From positions 640,001 to 704,000 of the forward strand of contig CAWDDT010000004.1 of assembly GCA_963801165.1 (NCBI GenBank): a stretch of DNA of 64,000 nt, read 5' to 3'. Shown piece after piece: positions 27,899 through 39,336 of this stretch (positions within the stretch are counted from its first letter, which is position 1; each line of letters starts with the position of its first letter). The DNA is from an uncultured bacterium. Lineage in GTDB: Bacteria > Actinomycetota > Acidimicrobiia > Spongiisociales > UBA5794. The notes under the pieces are model-generated. The model worked only from the letters and a program-made list of their open reading frames with translations. It ran no database searches and had not been told where the DNA came from. The position numbers and the translations under genes were made by a program.

Positions 27899-29272
27899 AT
27901 GGTGTACGACGTCGTAATCATTGGTGGCGGACCGGGCGGATACGCAGCCGCGCTGTATGCCCACAACTTCGGTCTCAGTGTCGCGCTCGTGGAGAAGGAC
28001 AGGGTGGGTGGGACCTGTCTGCTCCGTGGCTGCATCCCGGCCAAGTCGTGGCTAAAGACTGCCGAGGTCTTCACTCATATCCAGAAGGCCGCGGAGTTCG
28101 GTGTGAACGTCGGCGAACCGAGTCTCGACTGGGGAGCCGCCCTTGCCCGAAAGAACAACATCGTCGACGGTCTGGTCAGCGGGCTGGGTGGTTTACTCAA
28201 GACCCGCAACGTCGAGGTTATCGACGGTTACGGCACGCTCGCCGACGGTGGGGTAGAGGTGGTGGGCGCGGACGGTGAGACCCGTCGGTTGGAAACCCGC
28301 AACGTCATTCTGGCGACTGGATCCAAGCCGCGATCCATCCCCGGGTACGAGTTCGACGGCAACAGGATCGTATCGAGCGACGAGGCGCTGGATTGGGAGG
28401 AGCGTCCCAACCGGGTGGCCATTATCGGCGCCGGGGCCATCGGCTCCGAGTTCGCCTTCATCCTCGGATCGACGGGCACGGAGGTGCACCTGTTCGAGAT
28501 GCTCGACCAGGTCGTCCCCGGTGCCGAGCCCGAAGCAGCCAAGGCACTTACCCGGGAGATGAAGAAACGGGGCATCAAGGTCCGTACCGGGATCGGTGTC
28601 GGCCCCGCCGAGGTCAACCAGGACCGGGTGGTTGTGCCTTTCGAAGGTGAATATGTAGACGTCGACAAGGTGCTGGTCGCCGTAGGCCGGGCGCCGGTGA
28701 CCGACAACATCGGTCTCGAGACGACCAAAGTCGAGGTCGACCGCGGGTACATCCTGGTCGATCTCAACACGATGATGACCGCAGAGCCCAACATCTATGC
28801 CGTCGGGGACATCGTCGCCGGGACCCCGCAGTTGGCCCACGCCGGGTTTGCGGAGGGGATCGCCGCGATCACCCACATCGCAACGGGCGAGACGGCGCCT
28901 GTCGACTACCGGGCGATTCCGCTGGTGGTCTACACCGACCCCGAGGTGGCCGCGGTAGGTCTCACCGAGGCCAAGGCGCGCGAGGCCGGGTACGACGTCG
29001 AGGTTCATGATCACGGGATGCGCGGCCTGGGGCGGGCCATCATCCTCGGCGAGGTCGGGGGTCTGGTGAAGATCGTCAGCGAGAAGGACGGCCCGATCCT
29101 GGGAGCCACTGTCGTGGCCCCGGCCGCAGGTGAGCTCATCCATGAGCTCATGTACGCCGTTGCGTGGGAGGCGCTCCCGGCGGAGGCGGCCGCATTTATC
29201 CACGCCCATCCGACGATGTCGGAGGCGATCGGGGAGACTCTGCTGTCGGCGGCGGGCCGCAGCCTGCACTGA
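27899..29272 (+). CDS. lpdA: Dihydrolipoyl dehydrogenase (E3)
   Basis: GGGPGGY, GGTCLLRGCIPAK, GAGAIG, HAHPTMSE. Confidence 0.95.
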   Translation: MVYDVVIIGGGPGGYAAALYAHNFGLSVALVEKDRVGGTCLLRGCIPAKSWLKTAEVFTHIQKAAEFGVNVGEPSLDWGAALARKNNIVDGLVSGLGGLLKTRNVEVIDGYGTLADGGVEVVGADGETRRLETRNVILATGSKPRSIPGYEFDGNRIVSSDEALDWEERPNRVAIIGAGAIGSEFAFILGSTGTEVHLFEMLDQVVPGAEPEAAKALTREMKKRGIKVRTGIGVGPAEVNQDRVVVPFEGEYVDVDKVLVAVGRAPVTDNIGLETTKVEVDRGYILVDLNTMMTAEPNIYAVGDIVAGTPQLAHAGFAEGIAAITHIATGETAPVDYRAIPLVVYTDPEVAAVGLTEAKAREAGYDVEVHDHGMRGLGRAIILGEVGGLVKIVSEKDGPILGATVVAPAAGELIHELMYAVAWEALPAEAAAFIHAHPTMSEAIGETLLSAAGRSLH

Positions 29273-29292
29273 GGACTAGAAGGAGATCTGAA

Positions 29293-30807
29293 ATGGCGAC
29301 CACCGTCGAGATGCCCCGCCTGGGCGAGACCGTAACCGAAGGCACGATTCTCAGCTGGGCCAAGCAGCCGGGAGACACTATCGCGGCTGACGAAGTGCTG
29401 CTCGAGATCTCAACGGACAAGGTGGACACGGAGGTGCCTTCCCCGGTAGCCGGGGTCGTGCTCGAGATCCTCGTCCCCGAGGGTGAGACCGTGAGCGTCG
29501 GTACGCCGCTGGCCGTCATCGGTGAATCCGGTGAGTCAACCGGGTCTGTGGCCGCCTCGACCGCCGACGCCGGGCAAACCGAAGCGCAACCCGAGCAGAT
29601 GGCACCAGCTCCGCCGCCGGTACCGGCGCCGCCTCCGGCACCAGCGCCAACTCCGGCCCCGGGTCCGCCAGCGGCCCCGGCTACGCCACCGGCGCCCGCG
29701 GCCCCGCCGACGCCGAGCGCTTCCGCCGAGGAGCCCAAGCGCTCGGTGCTGTCGCCGGTGGTGAGAAAGCTCGCCGCCGAGAACGACGTCGACCTGAACC
29801 TGGTCGCGGGCACCGGCGAGGGGGGCAGGATCACCCGGAGGGACGTCAGCAGGTACATGGAGGCACGCAAGGCGGGCTCGCCTCCTCCGCCACCAGCCGC
29901 CCCGACGGCCGAAGTCACCTTCGAACCTGCCCCGGCCGCACCGGCGGCCGCCCCCGCGCCTGCTCCCGCCCCGGCGGCACCGGCGGCCGCTCCCGCGCCT
30001 GCTGCCGCCCCGGCGGCGGAGGTTCCGGTGCAGGAGGAGCCTGCGCCTGCCCCGGCTCCGGTTGCTGCAGCCCCGGTCGCCGGCCCTGGAAGCCGGACCG
30101 AGGCGATGCCCCGGCTGCGCAAGGTCATCGCCGAGAACATGGTCAACTCCAAACGAACCGCCGCGCACGTTTGGACGTCGGTGGAGGTCGATTACGAGCG
30201 TGTCGAGCGGGTGCGCCAGGCTCACAGGGCCGAGTGGAAGGCAAGGGAGGGATCCTCGCTGACCTATCTACCGTTCATCGCCAGAGCCACGATCGACGCC
30301 CTCGGCGCTTACCCGGTGGTCAACAGCTCCTTCGATCTCGAAAAGGGCACACAGACGTTCCACAGCGTCGTCAATCTGGGTATTGCCGTTGATCTCAACG
30401 AAGGCGGTCTTGTAGTGATGAACATGCCCGGTGCAGACGGGCTGGGTGTCACCGGTTTGGCCCGGGGTATTCGCGCCGTTGCCAACAAGGCACGCGCCGG
30501 AAAGCTCGAGCTGGACGACCTGTCGGGGACCACCTTCACGATCACCAATCCGGGACCGTTCGGCTCATTCATGTCCGCCCCGATCATCAACCTTCCCAAC
30601 GTCGCGGTCCTGTCGACCGATACCGTTGCCAAGCGGCCGGCAGTGGTCACCCAGCCGGATGGCACTGATGCCATCGCCATTCGCCACATCGGCTATCTCG
30701 GGCTGACCTGGGATCACCGTGTGTTCGACGGATCTACCGCAGTCCTGTTCCTCCGCCGGATCAAGGAGAACCTGGAGACCTGGGACTGGGATCAGGAACT
30801 GGCGTGA
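29293..30807 (+). CDS. 2-oxoacid dehydrogenase E2 dihydrolipoamide acyltransferase (DlaT/SucB-like), single lipoyl domain
   Basis: AGGAG RBS; [10 protein letters not shown] lipoyl-Lys, Pro/Ala linkers, SPVVRKLA E3-binding domain, WDHRVFDG. Confidence 0.93.
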   Translation: MATTVEMPRLGETVTEGTILSWAKQPGDTIAADEVLLEISTDKVDTEVPSPVAGVVLEILVPEGETVSVGTPLAVIGESGESTGSVAASTADAGQTEAQPEQMAPAPPPVPAPPPAPAPTPAPGPPAAPATPPAPAAPPTPSASAEEPKRSVLSPVVRKLAAENDVDLNLVAGTGEGGRITRRDVSRYMEARKAGSPPPPPAAPTAEVTFEPAPAAPAAAPAPAPAPAAPAAAPAPAAAPAAEVPVQEEPAPAPAPVAAAPVAGPGSRTEAMPRLRKVIAENMVNSKRTAAHVWTSVEVDYERVERVRQAHRAEWKAREGSSLTYLPFIARATIDALGAYPVVNSSFDLEKGTQTFHSVVNLGIAVDLNEGGLVVMNMPGADGLGVTGLARGIRAVANKARAGKLELDDLSGTTFTITNPGPFGSFMSAPIINLPNVAVLSTDTVAKRPAVVTQPDGTDAIAIRHIGYLGLTWDHRVFDGSTAVLFLRRIKENLETWDWDQELA

Positions 30808-32456
30808 CCGCGCCGCGGTTGAGGGTGCGCTGGCTGGGGCGTCTGCCCTATGGCGAGGCGTGGGATCTGCAGAAGGCTTTCTGGGAAGGTCGGGTCGCTG
30901 GCCGCACCGCCGATGACTACCTGTTGCTGCTGGAACACCCTCACACCTATACGGTCGGACGCAACGGCGACGGCTCCAATCTGCTGATCCCGGAAAGGGA
31001 CCTCGACGGTATCGGCGCCGAGCTCCACTTCGTGGATCGGGGTGGCGACATCACCTACCACGGGCCGGGCCAACTCGTGGGCTATCCCATCTTCGCCGTG
31101 CCCCGGCTGCCGAACGGGTTTGACATGGTCGGGCACGTGCGCAGGATCGAAGAGGCGATCATCGCCGCTCTGGGCGATCTCGACATCGAAGCGAGGGCGG
31201 AAAAGGGTCTCACCGGGGTTTGGACGGCGCGGGGCAAGATCGCGGCCATCGGCGTCCGCGTCGCCCGTGGCGTGTCGATGCACGGCTTTGCGATCAACGT
31301 CGATCCGGATCTCGGCTACTTCGGCAACATCGTGCCGTGCGGTATCACGGACCGGGCCGTCACCTCGATAAGGGAGATGACGGATGCGAACGTGACCATC
31401 GAGGATCTGGTCAATGTTCTGGTCTCGCACATCGGCGCCGTGTTCGACCACGACGACGTCGACGTGCAGCTCGGAGCTTTCGCCCGCGGCGCCGGCCGGG
31501 AACCGTATGCCGTCGACGCCATGGTGGCGGCAGGCGTCTTCTCGGGGAGCAAACCGGCCGAGGTCCCGATCGCCATCAACGGGCTGCTGCCTGGCGAACC
31601 GGCCCGTCCCGAATGGATGCGGGTCAAGGCCGATATCTCTTCGCAGGGGTATCGCGATCTGCGGCGCCTGATGCGGAGCAAGGAGCTCAACACCGTCTGC
31701 GAGGAAGCGGGCTGCCCCAACATCTACGAGTGCTGGGCATCGGGAACCGGCACCCTGATGCTGTTGGGTGACAAATGCACCAGAGCCTGTGCATTCTGTG
31801 ATGTCCAGACCGGCAGGCCGGGAGAGGTCGATGGCGACGAGCCGCGGCGGGCCGCCGACGCAGTCGCTGCCATGGGTCTGCGGCATGCGGTGCTGACCAG
31901 TGTCAACCGCGACGATCTCGACGATGGGGGCTCTTTGATCTTCGCCGAGACGATCAACCGGATCCGGGAGCTCGTTCCCGACTGCGACGTCGAGGTGCTG
32001 ATCCCGGATTTCAAGGGCGATCGTGATGCGTTGGAGACCGTGATGTTCGCCAAACCGGCGGTGCTCAACCACAACACCGAGACCGTGCTGCGGCTGCAGC
32101 GGGAGATTCGAACTGCCGCCAACTACGGGCGGTCGTTGACCCTGCTGGCTCGGGCCAAATGGATCAACCCTTCCGGCACCGTCAAGTCCGGTCTGATTGT
32201 CGGGATGGGCGAGACCGAGGACGAGATCATGGCCACCCTGGCCGACATGAGGGCCGTCGGCGTCGACCTGGTGACGATCGGGCAATATCTGCGGCCCACC
32301 GCACGGCACCGGCCCGTGCACCGGTACGTCCACCCCGACGAGTTCGCCCGCTACAGCGAGGAGGGCAAGAGGTTGGGTTTGGCCCACGTCGAGTCCGGGC
32401 CGCTGGTACGTTCCTCGTATCACGCCCGTGAGTCACTGGAGAGCGCACAGGCATGA
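30804..32456 (+). CDS. lipA: Fused octanoyltransferase (LipB) - lipoyl synthase (LipA)
   Basis: N-half: [45 protein letters not shown]; C-half: [26 protein letters not shown]; single uninterrupted frame. Confidence 0.92.
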   Translation: MTAPRLRVRWLGRLPYGEAWDLQKAFWEGRVAGRTADDYLLLLEHPHTYTVGRNGDGSNLLIPERDLDGIGAELHFVDRGGDITYHGPGQLVGYPIFAVPRLPNGFDMVGHVRRIEEAIIAALGDLDIEARAEKGLTGVWTARGKIAAIGVRVARGVSMHGFAINVDPDLGYFGNIVPCGITDRAVTSIREMTDANVTIEDLVNVLVSHIGAVFDHDDVDVQLGAFARGAGREPYAVDAMVAAGVFSGSKPAEVPIAINGLLPGEPARPEWMRVKADISSQGYRDLRRLMRSKELNTVCEEAGCPNIYECWASGTGTLMLLGDKCTRACAFCDVQTGRPGEVDGDEPRRAADAVAAMGLRHAVLTSVNRDDLDDGGSLIFAETINRIRELVPDCDVEVLIPDFKGDRDALETVMFAKPAVLNHNTETVLRLQREIRTAANYGRSLTLLARAKWINPSGTVKSGLIVGMGETEDEIMATLADMRAVGVDLVTIGQYLRPTARHRPVHRYVHPDEFARYSEEGKRLGLAHVESGPLVRSSYHARESLESAQA

Positions 32457-33547
32457 TCGACCCCGACTATGCCGTTCGGGTCGCCAGGGCTCGGGCCGAG
32501 CTGGAACGACAGGGAGCCGACGTGCTGCTGGTCTCGCTCGGCTCGGATCTCCCGTACCTGACCGGCTACCGGGCCATGCCGCTAGAGCGTCTGACCATGG
32601 CTGTCGTCCCCCGAGACGGGACTGCCGTGCTCGTAGTGCCCGAGCTGGAGGCTCCCCGCGTTGTGCCCCGGCCCGGTGTCTTCGAGATCAGGCCCTGGGG
32701 CGAGACCGAGGACCCCGTCGCCATCGTTGCCGGGCTCGCCGGCACGTCGGAGCGCGCGCTCGTCGGTGACCAGACCTGGGCGGTGTTCCTGCTCGAGCTG
32801 CAGAAGGCGCTTCCGGCCACCGATTTCGTTTCGGCGCGGAGCGTCTCGAGGTCGCTGCGGGTAGTCAAGGACGATGCCGAGATCACGTTGCTGCGCGAGG
32901 TCGCCGAAGTTGCCGACACCGTCGCCGGGCTCCTGGTGGGGCACACGTTCGCCGGCAAGACCGAGGCGCAGGTGTCGCACGAGGTTGGCGAGATGCTTGT
33001 CGCCAACGGGAACGACACCGCCGAGTTCGCCATCGTTGCTTCCGGGCCCAACGGGGCGTCGCCGCATCACGAGGCGGGGGGGCGGACGATCGGGCCCGGC
33101 GATCCGATAGTCGTCGACTTCGGTGGGAAACGCCACGGGTACACCTCGGACACGACGCGCATGTACCACGTTGATGAGCCGTCGGCCCGCTATCTCGAGA
33201 TACACGGGATCGTGCTCGCAGCCCAGCAGGCGGCCGTTGCCGCGGTCCGGCCGGGCGTTTCGGCAGAGGCGGTCGATGCCGCCGCCCGCAACGTGATCGA
33301 GAGTGCGGGATACGGGGAGTTCTTCATCCACCGCACGGGACACGGCATCGGTCTCGACACGCACGAGGACCCGTACATCGTCACCGGAAACACCGGGTTG
33401 TTGCGCAGCGGCATGGCATTCTCGATCGAGCCGGGTATTTACCTGCCTGGTGAGTTTGGCGTCCGCATCGAGGACATAGTTGTATGCACTCCCGACGGCG
33501 CGCACCGTCTCAACAACTCGTCGCGAGCGGTTGCCGTCGTTGAGTGA
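32453..33547 (+). CDS. Xaa-Pro peptidase family (M24) protein
   Basis: [37 protein letters not shown]. Confidence 0.92.
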   Translation: MIDPDYAVRVARARAELERQGADVLLVSLGSDLPYLTGYRAMPLERLTMAVVPRDGTAVLVVPELEAPRVVPRPGVFEIRPWGETEDPVAIVAGLAGTSERALVGDQTWAVFLLELQKALPATDFVSARSVSRSLRVVKDDAEITLLREVAEVADTVAGLLVGHTFAGKTEAQVSHEVGEMLVANGNDTAEFAIVASGPNGASPHHEAGGRTIGPGDPIVVDFGGKRHGYTSDTTRMYHVDEPSARYLEIHGIVLAAQQAAVAAVRPGVSAEAVDAAARNVIESAGYGEFFIHRTGHGIGLDTHEDPYIVTGNTGLLRSGMAFSIEPGIYLPGEFGVRIEDIVVCTPDGAHRLNNSSRAVAVVE

Positions 33548-33640
33548 CAAGCCAGCGAGGTTGAGTGACAAGCCAGCCAGACCGGGAGTCGGGGTGGGTA
33601 CCCCGACCCGATCCAGAGACCGATTGCCCATGGAGGAATC

Positions 33641-35584
33641 GTGAACATCGAACAGCTAGCGGCGAACACCATCAGAGCCCTGTCCATGGACGCCGTGCAG
33701 AAGGCCAACTCGGGTCACCCGGGAGCGCCGATGGGTATGGCCGACATGGCCGTGGTGCTGTGGAGCAAGTTCCTGCGGGTCGATCCGACCAACCCGACGT
33801 GGGAGAACCGCGACCGGTTCGTGCTGTCCAACGGCCACGCTTCGTTGATGCTCTATTCGATTCTCCACCTCACCGGGTTCCCGATCACGATCGAGGATAT
33901 CAAGTCATTCCGGCAGTGGGGCTCGGTCACGCCCGGTCACCCGGAGCGCGACGTTCCCCGCGGGATCGAGACGACCACGGGGCCACTCGGCCAGGGATTC
34001 GCCACCAGCGTTGGGATGGCCATTGCCGAAGCCAAGCTCAATGAGCGCTTCGGGCCCGAGTTGATCGATCATTACACGTACGGATTTGTCGGTGACGGGT
34101 GTGTCCAGGAAGGTGTGACCGCCGAGGCCGCCTCTCTGGCGGGCCATCTCGGGTTGGGCAAGCTCATCTACCTGTACGATGCCAACAAGATCACGCTGGT
34201 CGGGCCCCGGTCGTGGAGCGACAGTGAGAAGACGCTGGAGAGATTCGATGCCTACGGTTGGCAGACGCTCGAGGTCGACGGACACGACCAGGGTGCGATC
34301 GCCGAGGCAATCACCGAGGCCCGTGCCGATGTTGAGCGTCCGTCGCTGATCGCCTGCTGGACCCATATTGCTTTCGGGAGCCCGCACAAGCAGGACTCGG
34401 CTTCGGCTCATGGTTCACCGCTCGGCGAGGAGGAAGTAGCACTCACCAAGCAGGCGTTGGGCTGGGAGTACGAGCCGTTCCAGGTCCCCGATGAGGTCTA
34501 CACGTTCTTCTCGGAATCCATGGCCGATCGACACCGGGAGGCAGGCGACTGGCAGCGCAAGCTCGAGATGGAACTCGCTACAGACCGGGGTCTGGCCGAG
34601 GCGTGGCGGAAGCACTTCGATCCGGAGCCCATCACGATCCCGGTACCCGAGTACGACGCGGGCAGCAAGGTCGCCACTCGTGCCGTCTCGGGCGATGTCA
34701 TAAACGCCATTGCCCACGAGCGGCCGGATCTGGTCGGAGGCTCCGCGGACCTGGCGTCGTCGACCAACACGTTGATCAAGTCGTCGAGCGACTTCACAGC
34801 CGCGGACCGGACCGGCCGCAACATCCGGTTTGGCATCCGTGAGCACGCCATGGGTGCCGCAGTCAACGGCATCAATATCCACGGCGGGATGCGTGCCTTT
34901 GGGGCGACGTTCCTCACGTTCTCCGACTACATGCGCGGAGCGGTCCGTCTCGGTGCGCTCATGGGCGCCCCGAGCATTTGGGTCTATACCCACGACTCGA
35001 TCTTCCTGGGGGAGGACGGGCCCACCCACCAGTCGATCGAGCACGCCGCTGCGCTGCGAGCCATTCCCAACCTGTGGCTGATACGCCCCGGGAACGCCGC
35101 CGAGGTGGCGGGCGCCTGGGAGTTGGCGCTGAACCGGGTGGAGGGCCCGACGGCGTTCAGCCTGTCCCGCCAGGGTTTGCCGGTGGGTGGCAGCGATCCG
35201 GTCCCCGTGGCCAAGGGCGCCTATGTGGCTCGGGAGGGATCAGACGCGGTTCTCGTGGCGACCGGTTCCGAACTGGCCACCGCCCTCGCCGCGGCCGAGA
35301 TCCTCGAAGGCGAGGGGAAGGCGGTCCGGGTTGTCTCGATGCCGTGCCGGGAGGCCTTCGCAGCCCAGGATGACGCCTATAAGGCGAGTGTCCTCGGCGA
35401 TGGGCTCCCAATTGCCTCGGTGGAGGCGGGGACGACTTTTGGCTGGGGCGACATCGTCGGCAGGGACGGGCTCTCTATCGGGATCGACCACTTCGGCGCC
35501 TCCGCTCCCGGCCCCGTGCTTGCTGAGAAGTTCGGCTTCACACCGGAGCAGGTTGCGGCCAAGCTGCGTACGTGGCTCGGTTGA
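33641..35584 (+). CDS. tkt: Transketolase
   Basis: [43 protein letters not shown]. Confidence 0.96.
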   Translation: MNIEQLAANTIRALSMDAVQKANSGHPGAPMGMADMAVVLWSKFLRVDPTNPTWENRDRFVLSNGHASLMLYSILHLTGFPITIEDIKSFRQWGSVTPGHPERDVPRGIETTTGPLGQGFATSVGMAIAEAKLNERFGPELIDHYTYGFVGDGCVQEGVTAEAASLAGHLGLGKLIYLYDANKITLVGPRSWSDSEKTLERFDAYGWQTLEVDGHDQGAIAEAITEARADVERPSLIACWTHIAFGSPHKQDSASAHGSPLGEEEVALTKQALGWEYEPFQVPDEVYTFFSESMADRHREAGDWQRKLEMELATDRGLAEAWRKHFDPEPITIPVPEYDAGSKVATRAVSGDVINAIAHERPDLVGGSADLASSTNTLIKSSSDFTAADRTGRNIRFGIREHAMGAAVNGINIHGGMRAFGATFLTFSDYMRGAVRLGALMGAPSIWVYTHDSIFLGEDGPTHQSIEHAAALRAIPNLWLIRPGNAAEVAGAWELALNRVEGPTAFSLSRQGLPVGGSDPVPVAKGAYVAREGSDAVLVATGSELATALAAAEILEGEGKAVRVVSMPCREAFAAQDDAYKASVLGDGLPIASVEAGTTFGWGDIVGRDGLSIGIDHFGASAPGPVLAEKFGFTPEQVAAKLRTWLG

Positions 35585-35682
35585 TTAGCGGGCGTCGGTG
35601 GCCTCAGCCATAGGGGATAGCGCGTCCAGGATCTGTCGGCGGAAGCCGACCGGGCCGTCCCGGGGCGCTAGGTTCTACGCCC

Positions 35683-36348
35683 ATGGAGGTGACCCCCGCA
35701 CTCGTTCTGAGCATGTGGAGCGCCGGCATGGCCGCCGGCGCTGCGGTTGTGTCGAGCTGGGGCGTTGTCGGGCCGGGTTTCAACTGGTTGCTTTCCGGAA
35801 TCGTCGTGATCGTGGGCGGGGCGACGGCGCTCGCCGGGAATGTGACGATCGGCCTGGCTGCGTGTGCGGCGGCATTGGCTGCCGGCGTCATGGCACGGAG
35901 GCGACCGGTAGCCGCCTGGCTCTTCGCATTGTCCGCCCTGGGATATCTGGTAACAGCGATTTCGGACGGTGGTGTCATCCCGGCGATCACGGGATCGGTC
36001 TTTCTGGGCGGGATGACCACCGAGATGCTGCTCGGCCATTGGTTTCTGATCGACCCGACGCTGCCGCGATCGGCGTTACAGCGTCTCGATGTCGTTGCAG
36101 GCGCCGGCGTCGTTCTCGATGTAGCGGTGATGGCTGTTGCCGGGGCGTTTGGTGCGGGCGACGGAGTGATGATCGCGGCATACGTGGCACTAGCCGTCCT
36201 CACGGGTCTGCTCGTGGCCGCGGTGTGGTTCTCGTTGCGCGAGACGGGGTACTCGGGGGTGATGGCGGCTACGGGGCTCTCGTATCTGGGCGTGCTCACC
36301 TCGTTCGGGGTCGTCGTTGTGGGCCGCCTGCTGGTTGCGGGTCGGTAG
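35683..36348 (+). CDS. Hypothetical polytopic membrane protein
   Basis: About 7-8 hydrophobic segments; EMLLGHWFLIDP, YSGVMAATGLSY. Confidence 0.78.
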   Translation: MEVTPALVLSMWSAGMAAGAAVVSSWGVVGPGFNWLLSGIVVIVGGATALAGNVTIGLAACAAALAAGVMARRRPVAAWLFALSALGYLVTAISDGGVIPAITGSVFLGGMTTEMLLGHWFLIDPTLPRSALQRLDVVAGAGVVLDVAVMAVAGAFGAGDGVMIAAYVALAVLTGLLVAAVWFSLRETGYSGVMAATGLSYLGVLTSFGVVVVGRLLVAGR

Positions 36349-36358
36349 GATCGCGCTG

Positions 36359-36913
36359 GTGAAGATCTATACACGCCGCGGCGATGACGGGACCACAGGT
36401 TTGCTCTACGGGGGGCGGGTGCCGAAAGACGCCACGGCCCCTGCCGCCTACGGCGACATCGACGAGACCGTCGCCTGTCTCGGGATGGCCCGAGCAGAGA
36501 CCGAGCCCGGATCCGCCCTCAACGACGAGCTGCTGCGTCTGCAGCGGATCCTGTTCATCGTGGGAGCCGAGTTGGCGACGGCGCCGGAGAACCGTCACAA
36601 GCTCGTCGATGGTGAGACCCGGGTGACCGAGACGATGGTGAGCGATCTGGAGCAGGCGATCGACAAGATCGACAGCGACCGCGGTACACCGGGCGTCTTT
36701 CTCGTGCCCGGCGGCAACCGGCTCGGAGCGACCCTCGATGTTGCCAGGGCGACGGCCAGGAGGGCAGAGCGGAGCATCGTGACCCACTTCCGGGCCGGGG
36801 GGTACGAAGACAGCCACGCTCTCGCCTATATCAACAGGCTGACCGACTATCTCTACATGCTGGCCCGTGCCGCCGAGGAGAGCTGGACCCCGAGCAAGGA
36901 GACCGATACGTAA
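36359..36913 (+). CDS. pduO: Cob(I)alamin adenosyltransferase, PduO type
   Basis: KIYTRRGDDGTTGL, YGDIDE, ARATARRAER, YINRLTDYLY. Confidence 0.92.
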   Translation: MKIYTRRGDDGTTGLLYGGRVPKDATAPAAYGDIDETVACLGMARAETEPGSALNDELLRLQRILFIVGAELATAPENRHKLVDGETRVTETMVSDLEQAIDKIDSDRGTPGVFLVPGGNRLGATLDVARATARRAERSIVTHFRAGGYEDSHALAYINRLTDYLYMLARAAEESWTPSKETDT

Positions 36914-38352
36914 TGGACATCACCGTCAAGCCCGATCTCGAGGACGCGACCGGCGATCTGCTGATCCTGCCCGTCTACCAGGGCCGCAACTGGGGTCCGG
37001 GTGCCGCAGCTGTGGTCGCCGGGCTGGGCGGGTGGGTGGAGGCCTACCTGGATGGTGTGGACTTCAACGGCAAGATCGGGCAAACCGCATTCGTGCCCGG
37101 GACCGGCGGTTTCGGCAACGTCCTGTTTGCCGGGCTGGGCGAGGAGGCCGACGCCGATGTCCTTCGCAAGGTGGCGGGCATTGCGGGCCGTGCCGCGCAG
37201 CGGTACGAGAGTGTGGCGACAACGCTGAGCGCGTTGGAAATCGACGGCGCCGTCGAAGCCGTGGTGTACGGGTTCCTGCTCGGCCAGTACAAGTTCGTCA
37301 AGTACCTCTCCGATCCGAGTCCATCCCGGACGGCGACGCTCCTGCTGGTGGGTTCCGATCCCGGAGGCGACGTCGCCCACGCAACCGCGGTCGCCGCCGG
37401 GGTGACCCTGGCGCGGGATCTGATCAACGAGCCTGCGGGTGGCAAGAAACCCGAGGTTCTCGCCGGTATCGCGGCGGACATGGCAAACGCAGCGGGGATC
37501 GACATCACCATCTACGACCGTGATCAGGTCGAGGAGGAGGGGTTTGGCGGGTTGCTGGCGGTCTCGCAGGGGGCCACCAACCCTCCGCGCATGGTTGTCA
37601 TGCGCTACCGACCCGAGGGAGCATCCAAGACCCTGGCGTTGATCGGCAAGGGGATCGTCTTTGACAGCGGTGGTCTGTCGATAAAGCCGGCCTCGGGCAT
37701 GGAGACGATGAAGACCGACATGTCGGGTGCCGCTGCGGTGTTCGGAGCGATGCAGGCGATCGCTTCGCTCGGGATCGAGGTCAACGTGCTCGGGGTGACA
37801 CCGCTCACCGAGAACATGACCGGCGGAGCGGCCCAGCGACCCGGTGACATCTTCACCGCACGCAACGGCAAGACCGTCGAGGTGCTCAATACCGACGCCG
37901 AAGGCCGGCTGGTTCTCGCCGACGGCCTATCACTAGCCGCCGAGTCCGAGCCGGATCTGATGATCGACGTTGCCACTCTGACCGGGGCATGCTCCGTGGC
38001 ACTCGGCAAGAAGGTGGCCGGTTTGTTTGGCTCCGACGACCAAACGGCCGAATCGGTCGTGGCCTCGGCCAGGCGCGCAGGGGAGCGGGTGTGGCGTCTG
38101 CCGCTCGAGAAGGAATACCGCTCCAAGCTCGACTCACCGATCGCCGACATCAAGAACATCGGCGACCGCTACGGCGGTGCGATCACGGCGGCTCTGTTTC
38201 TCGAGGAGTTCACCGGCGGGCTTCCCTGGGTGCACCTCGACATCGCCGGGCCGGCGCGGGCCGAATCGGACGATGGCTATGTCACCAAGGGGGGAACCGG
38301 TTTCGCCGTGGCCACCCTGGTGGCCGTCGCCGAGGACCTAGGAGAGCGGTGA
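36913..38352 (+). CDS. pepA: Leucyl aminopeptidase (M17)
   Basis: GKGIVFDSGGLSIK, MKTDMSG, NTDAEGRL, ATLTGA, HLDIAG. Confidence 0.95.
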   Translation: MDITVKPDLEDATGDLLILPVYQGRNWGPGAAAVVAGLGGWVEAYLDGVDFNGKIGQTAFVPGTGGFGNVLFAGLGEEADADVLRKVAGIAGRAAQRYESVATTLSALEIDGAVEAVVYGFLLGQYKFVKYLSDPSPSRTATLLLVGSDPGGDVAHATAVAAGVTLARDLINEPAGGKKPEVLAGIAADMANAAGIDITIYDRDQVEEEGFGGLLAVSQGATNPPRMVVMRYRPEGASKTLALIGKGIVFDSGGLSIKPASGMETMKTDMSGAAAVFGAMQAIASLGIEVNVLGVTPLTENMTGGAAQRPGDIFTARNGKTVEVLNTDAEGRLVLADGLSLAAESEPDLMIDVATLTGACSVALGKKVAGLFGSDDQTAESVVASARRAGERVWRLPLEKEYRSKLDSPIADIKNIGDRYGGAITAALFLEEFTGGLPWVHLDIAGPARAESDDGYVTKGGTGFAVATLVAVAEDLGER

Positions 38353-38629
38353 AGATCGCCGTTGCGCCCGCGACGTCAGAACTGGTGAAATGCCGACACT
38401 ATCAGTAGCTAGACGACCTAGGCCGATCGACCTATACCGATAGAGCCAGAATACCCTAGGTAGTCGTCGCGAGAAACGCGCTTGCTCCTCGCCGCGAGAC
38501 GTTCATGATCACGATGCTTCCCGTAATCATTGGATATTTTCGGCAATCAACCAACTCCGAAGAGCCACTAGGGCCTTAAGTCCCAGCCGACAATGGGCTA
38601 ACGGCCCACCACTGTGTGTGTTCGATCCC

Positions 38630-38657
38630 TCAAGCCGGTTACCAAGCACGCCGATAC
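38630..38657 (+). promoter_or_regulatory. Sigma28/WhiG-like promoter TCAA-N16-GCCGATAC for the CAP-domain gene
   Basis: Matches the TAAA-N15/16-GCCGATAA consensus, 42 nt upstream of the ATG at 38700. Confidence 0.6.
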
Positions 38658-38699
38658 GCAGCGTGTTCGCACAAACCGGCGACAAGAGGATCGAAGCTT

Positions 38700-39329
38700 A
38701 TGGCTGCGCTGGCCAAGAGGATATTTACCGTTCTACTCACCGCAGGTCTGGCGTTCGCTATGGTCGTTCCGGCGGCCTCCGCCGGGTCATACGAGAGCGA
38801 AGCGCTGACACTGCTCAACCAGGCCAGGGCGGCGGCAGGACTCAATCCGGTGGCCATGAACGCAAACCTGAGCGACAATGCGCTGGCCTGGACACAGCAC
38901 ATGGAGGGCCAGCAGCAACTGTCGCACAACCCGAACCTCTCTGCGGTTACCGGGAATTGGGACAAGCTCGGCGAGAACGTTGGGGTGGGGACCAGCATTG
39001 CCTCGCTGCATGAGGCTTTCATGCAGTCTCCGGGACACCGCGGCAACATACTTGGTGACTACGACAGCGTCGGCATCGCCGTTGTTGCGGAGACCCAGTC
39101 GAAGTTGTGGATCACCGTCGTGTTCATGAAGACCCTCGGTGCAGCGCCCGCCGGCGGCGAAGACCCTGAGCCCTACGCTGAGCTACAACCGGTCGTATCG
39201 ACCGGACAGCCGGCGGCCAACGAAGCCACCGATCCGACGCCCCCCGCACCGCATGTCACCGCACCGGCAACACCGGCAGCTGCGATCGTGGTCCGGTGGG
39301 TGCGTACCTTCCAGCCGAGAGCTATCTGA
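38700..39329 (+). CDS. Secreted CAP/SCP-domain protein
   Basis: Signal peptide; LNQARAAAGL, LSHN, GENVG, FMQSPGHRGNIL. Confidence 0.88.
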   Translation: MAALAKRIFTVLLTAGLAFAMVVPAASAGSYESEALTLLNQARAAAGLNPVAMNANLSDNALAWTQHMEGQQQLSHNPNLSAVTGNWDKLGENVGVGTSIASLHEAFMQSPGHRGNILGDYDSVGIAVVAETQSKLWITVVFMKTLGAAPAGGEDPEPYAELQPVVSTGQPAANEATDPTPPAPHVTAPATPAAAIVVRWVRTFQPRAI

Positions 39330-39336
39330 CCGGCTC

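Noticed and set aside
29600-30090. Pro/Ala-coding repeats in E2 (and the Thr repeats at about 60700-60930)
   Set aside because: Ordinary low-complexity linker or stalk coding sequence.
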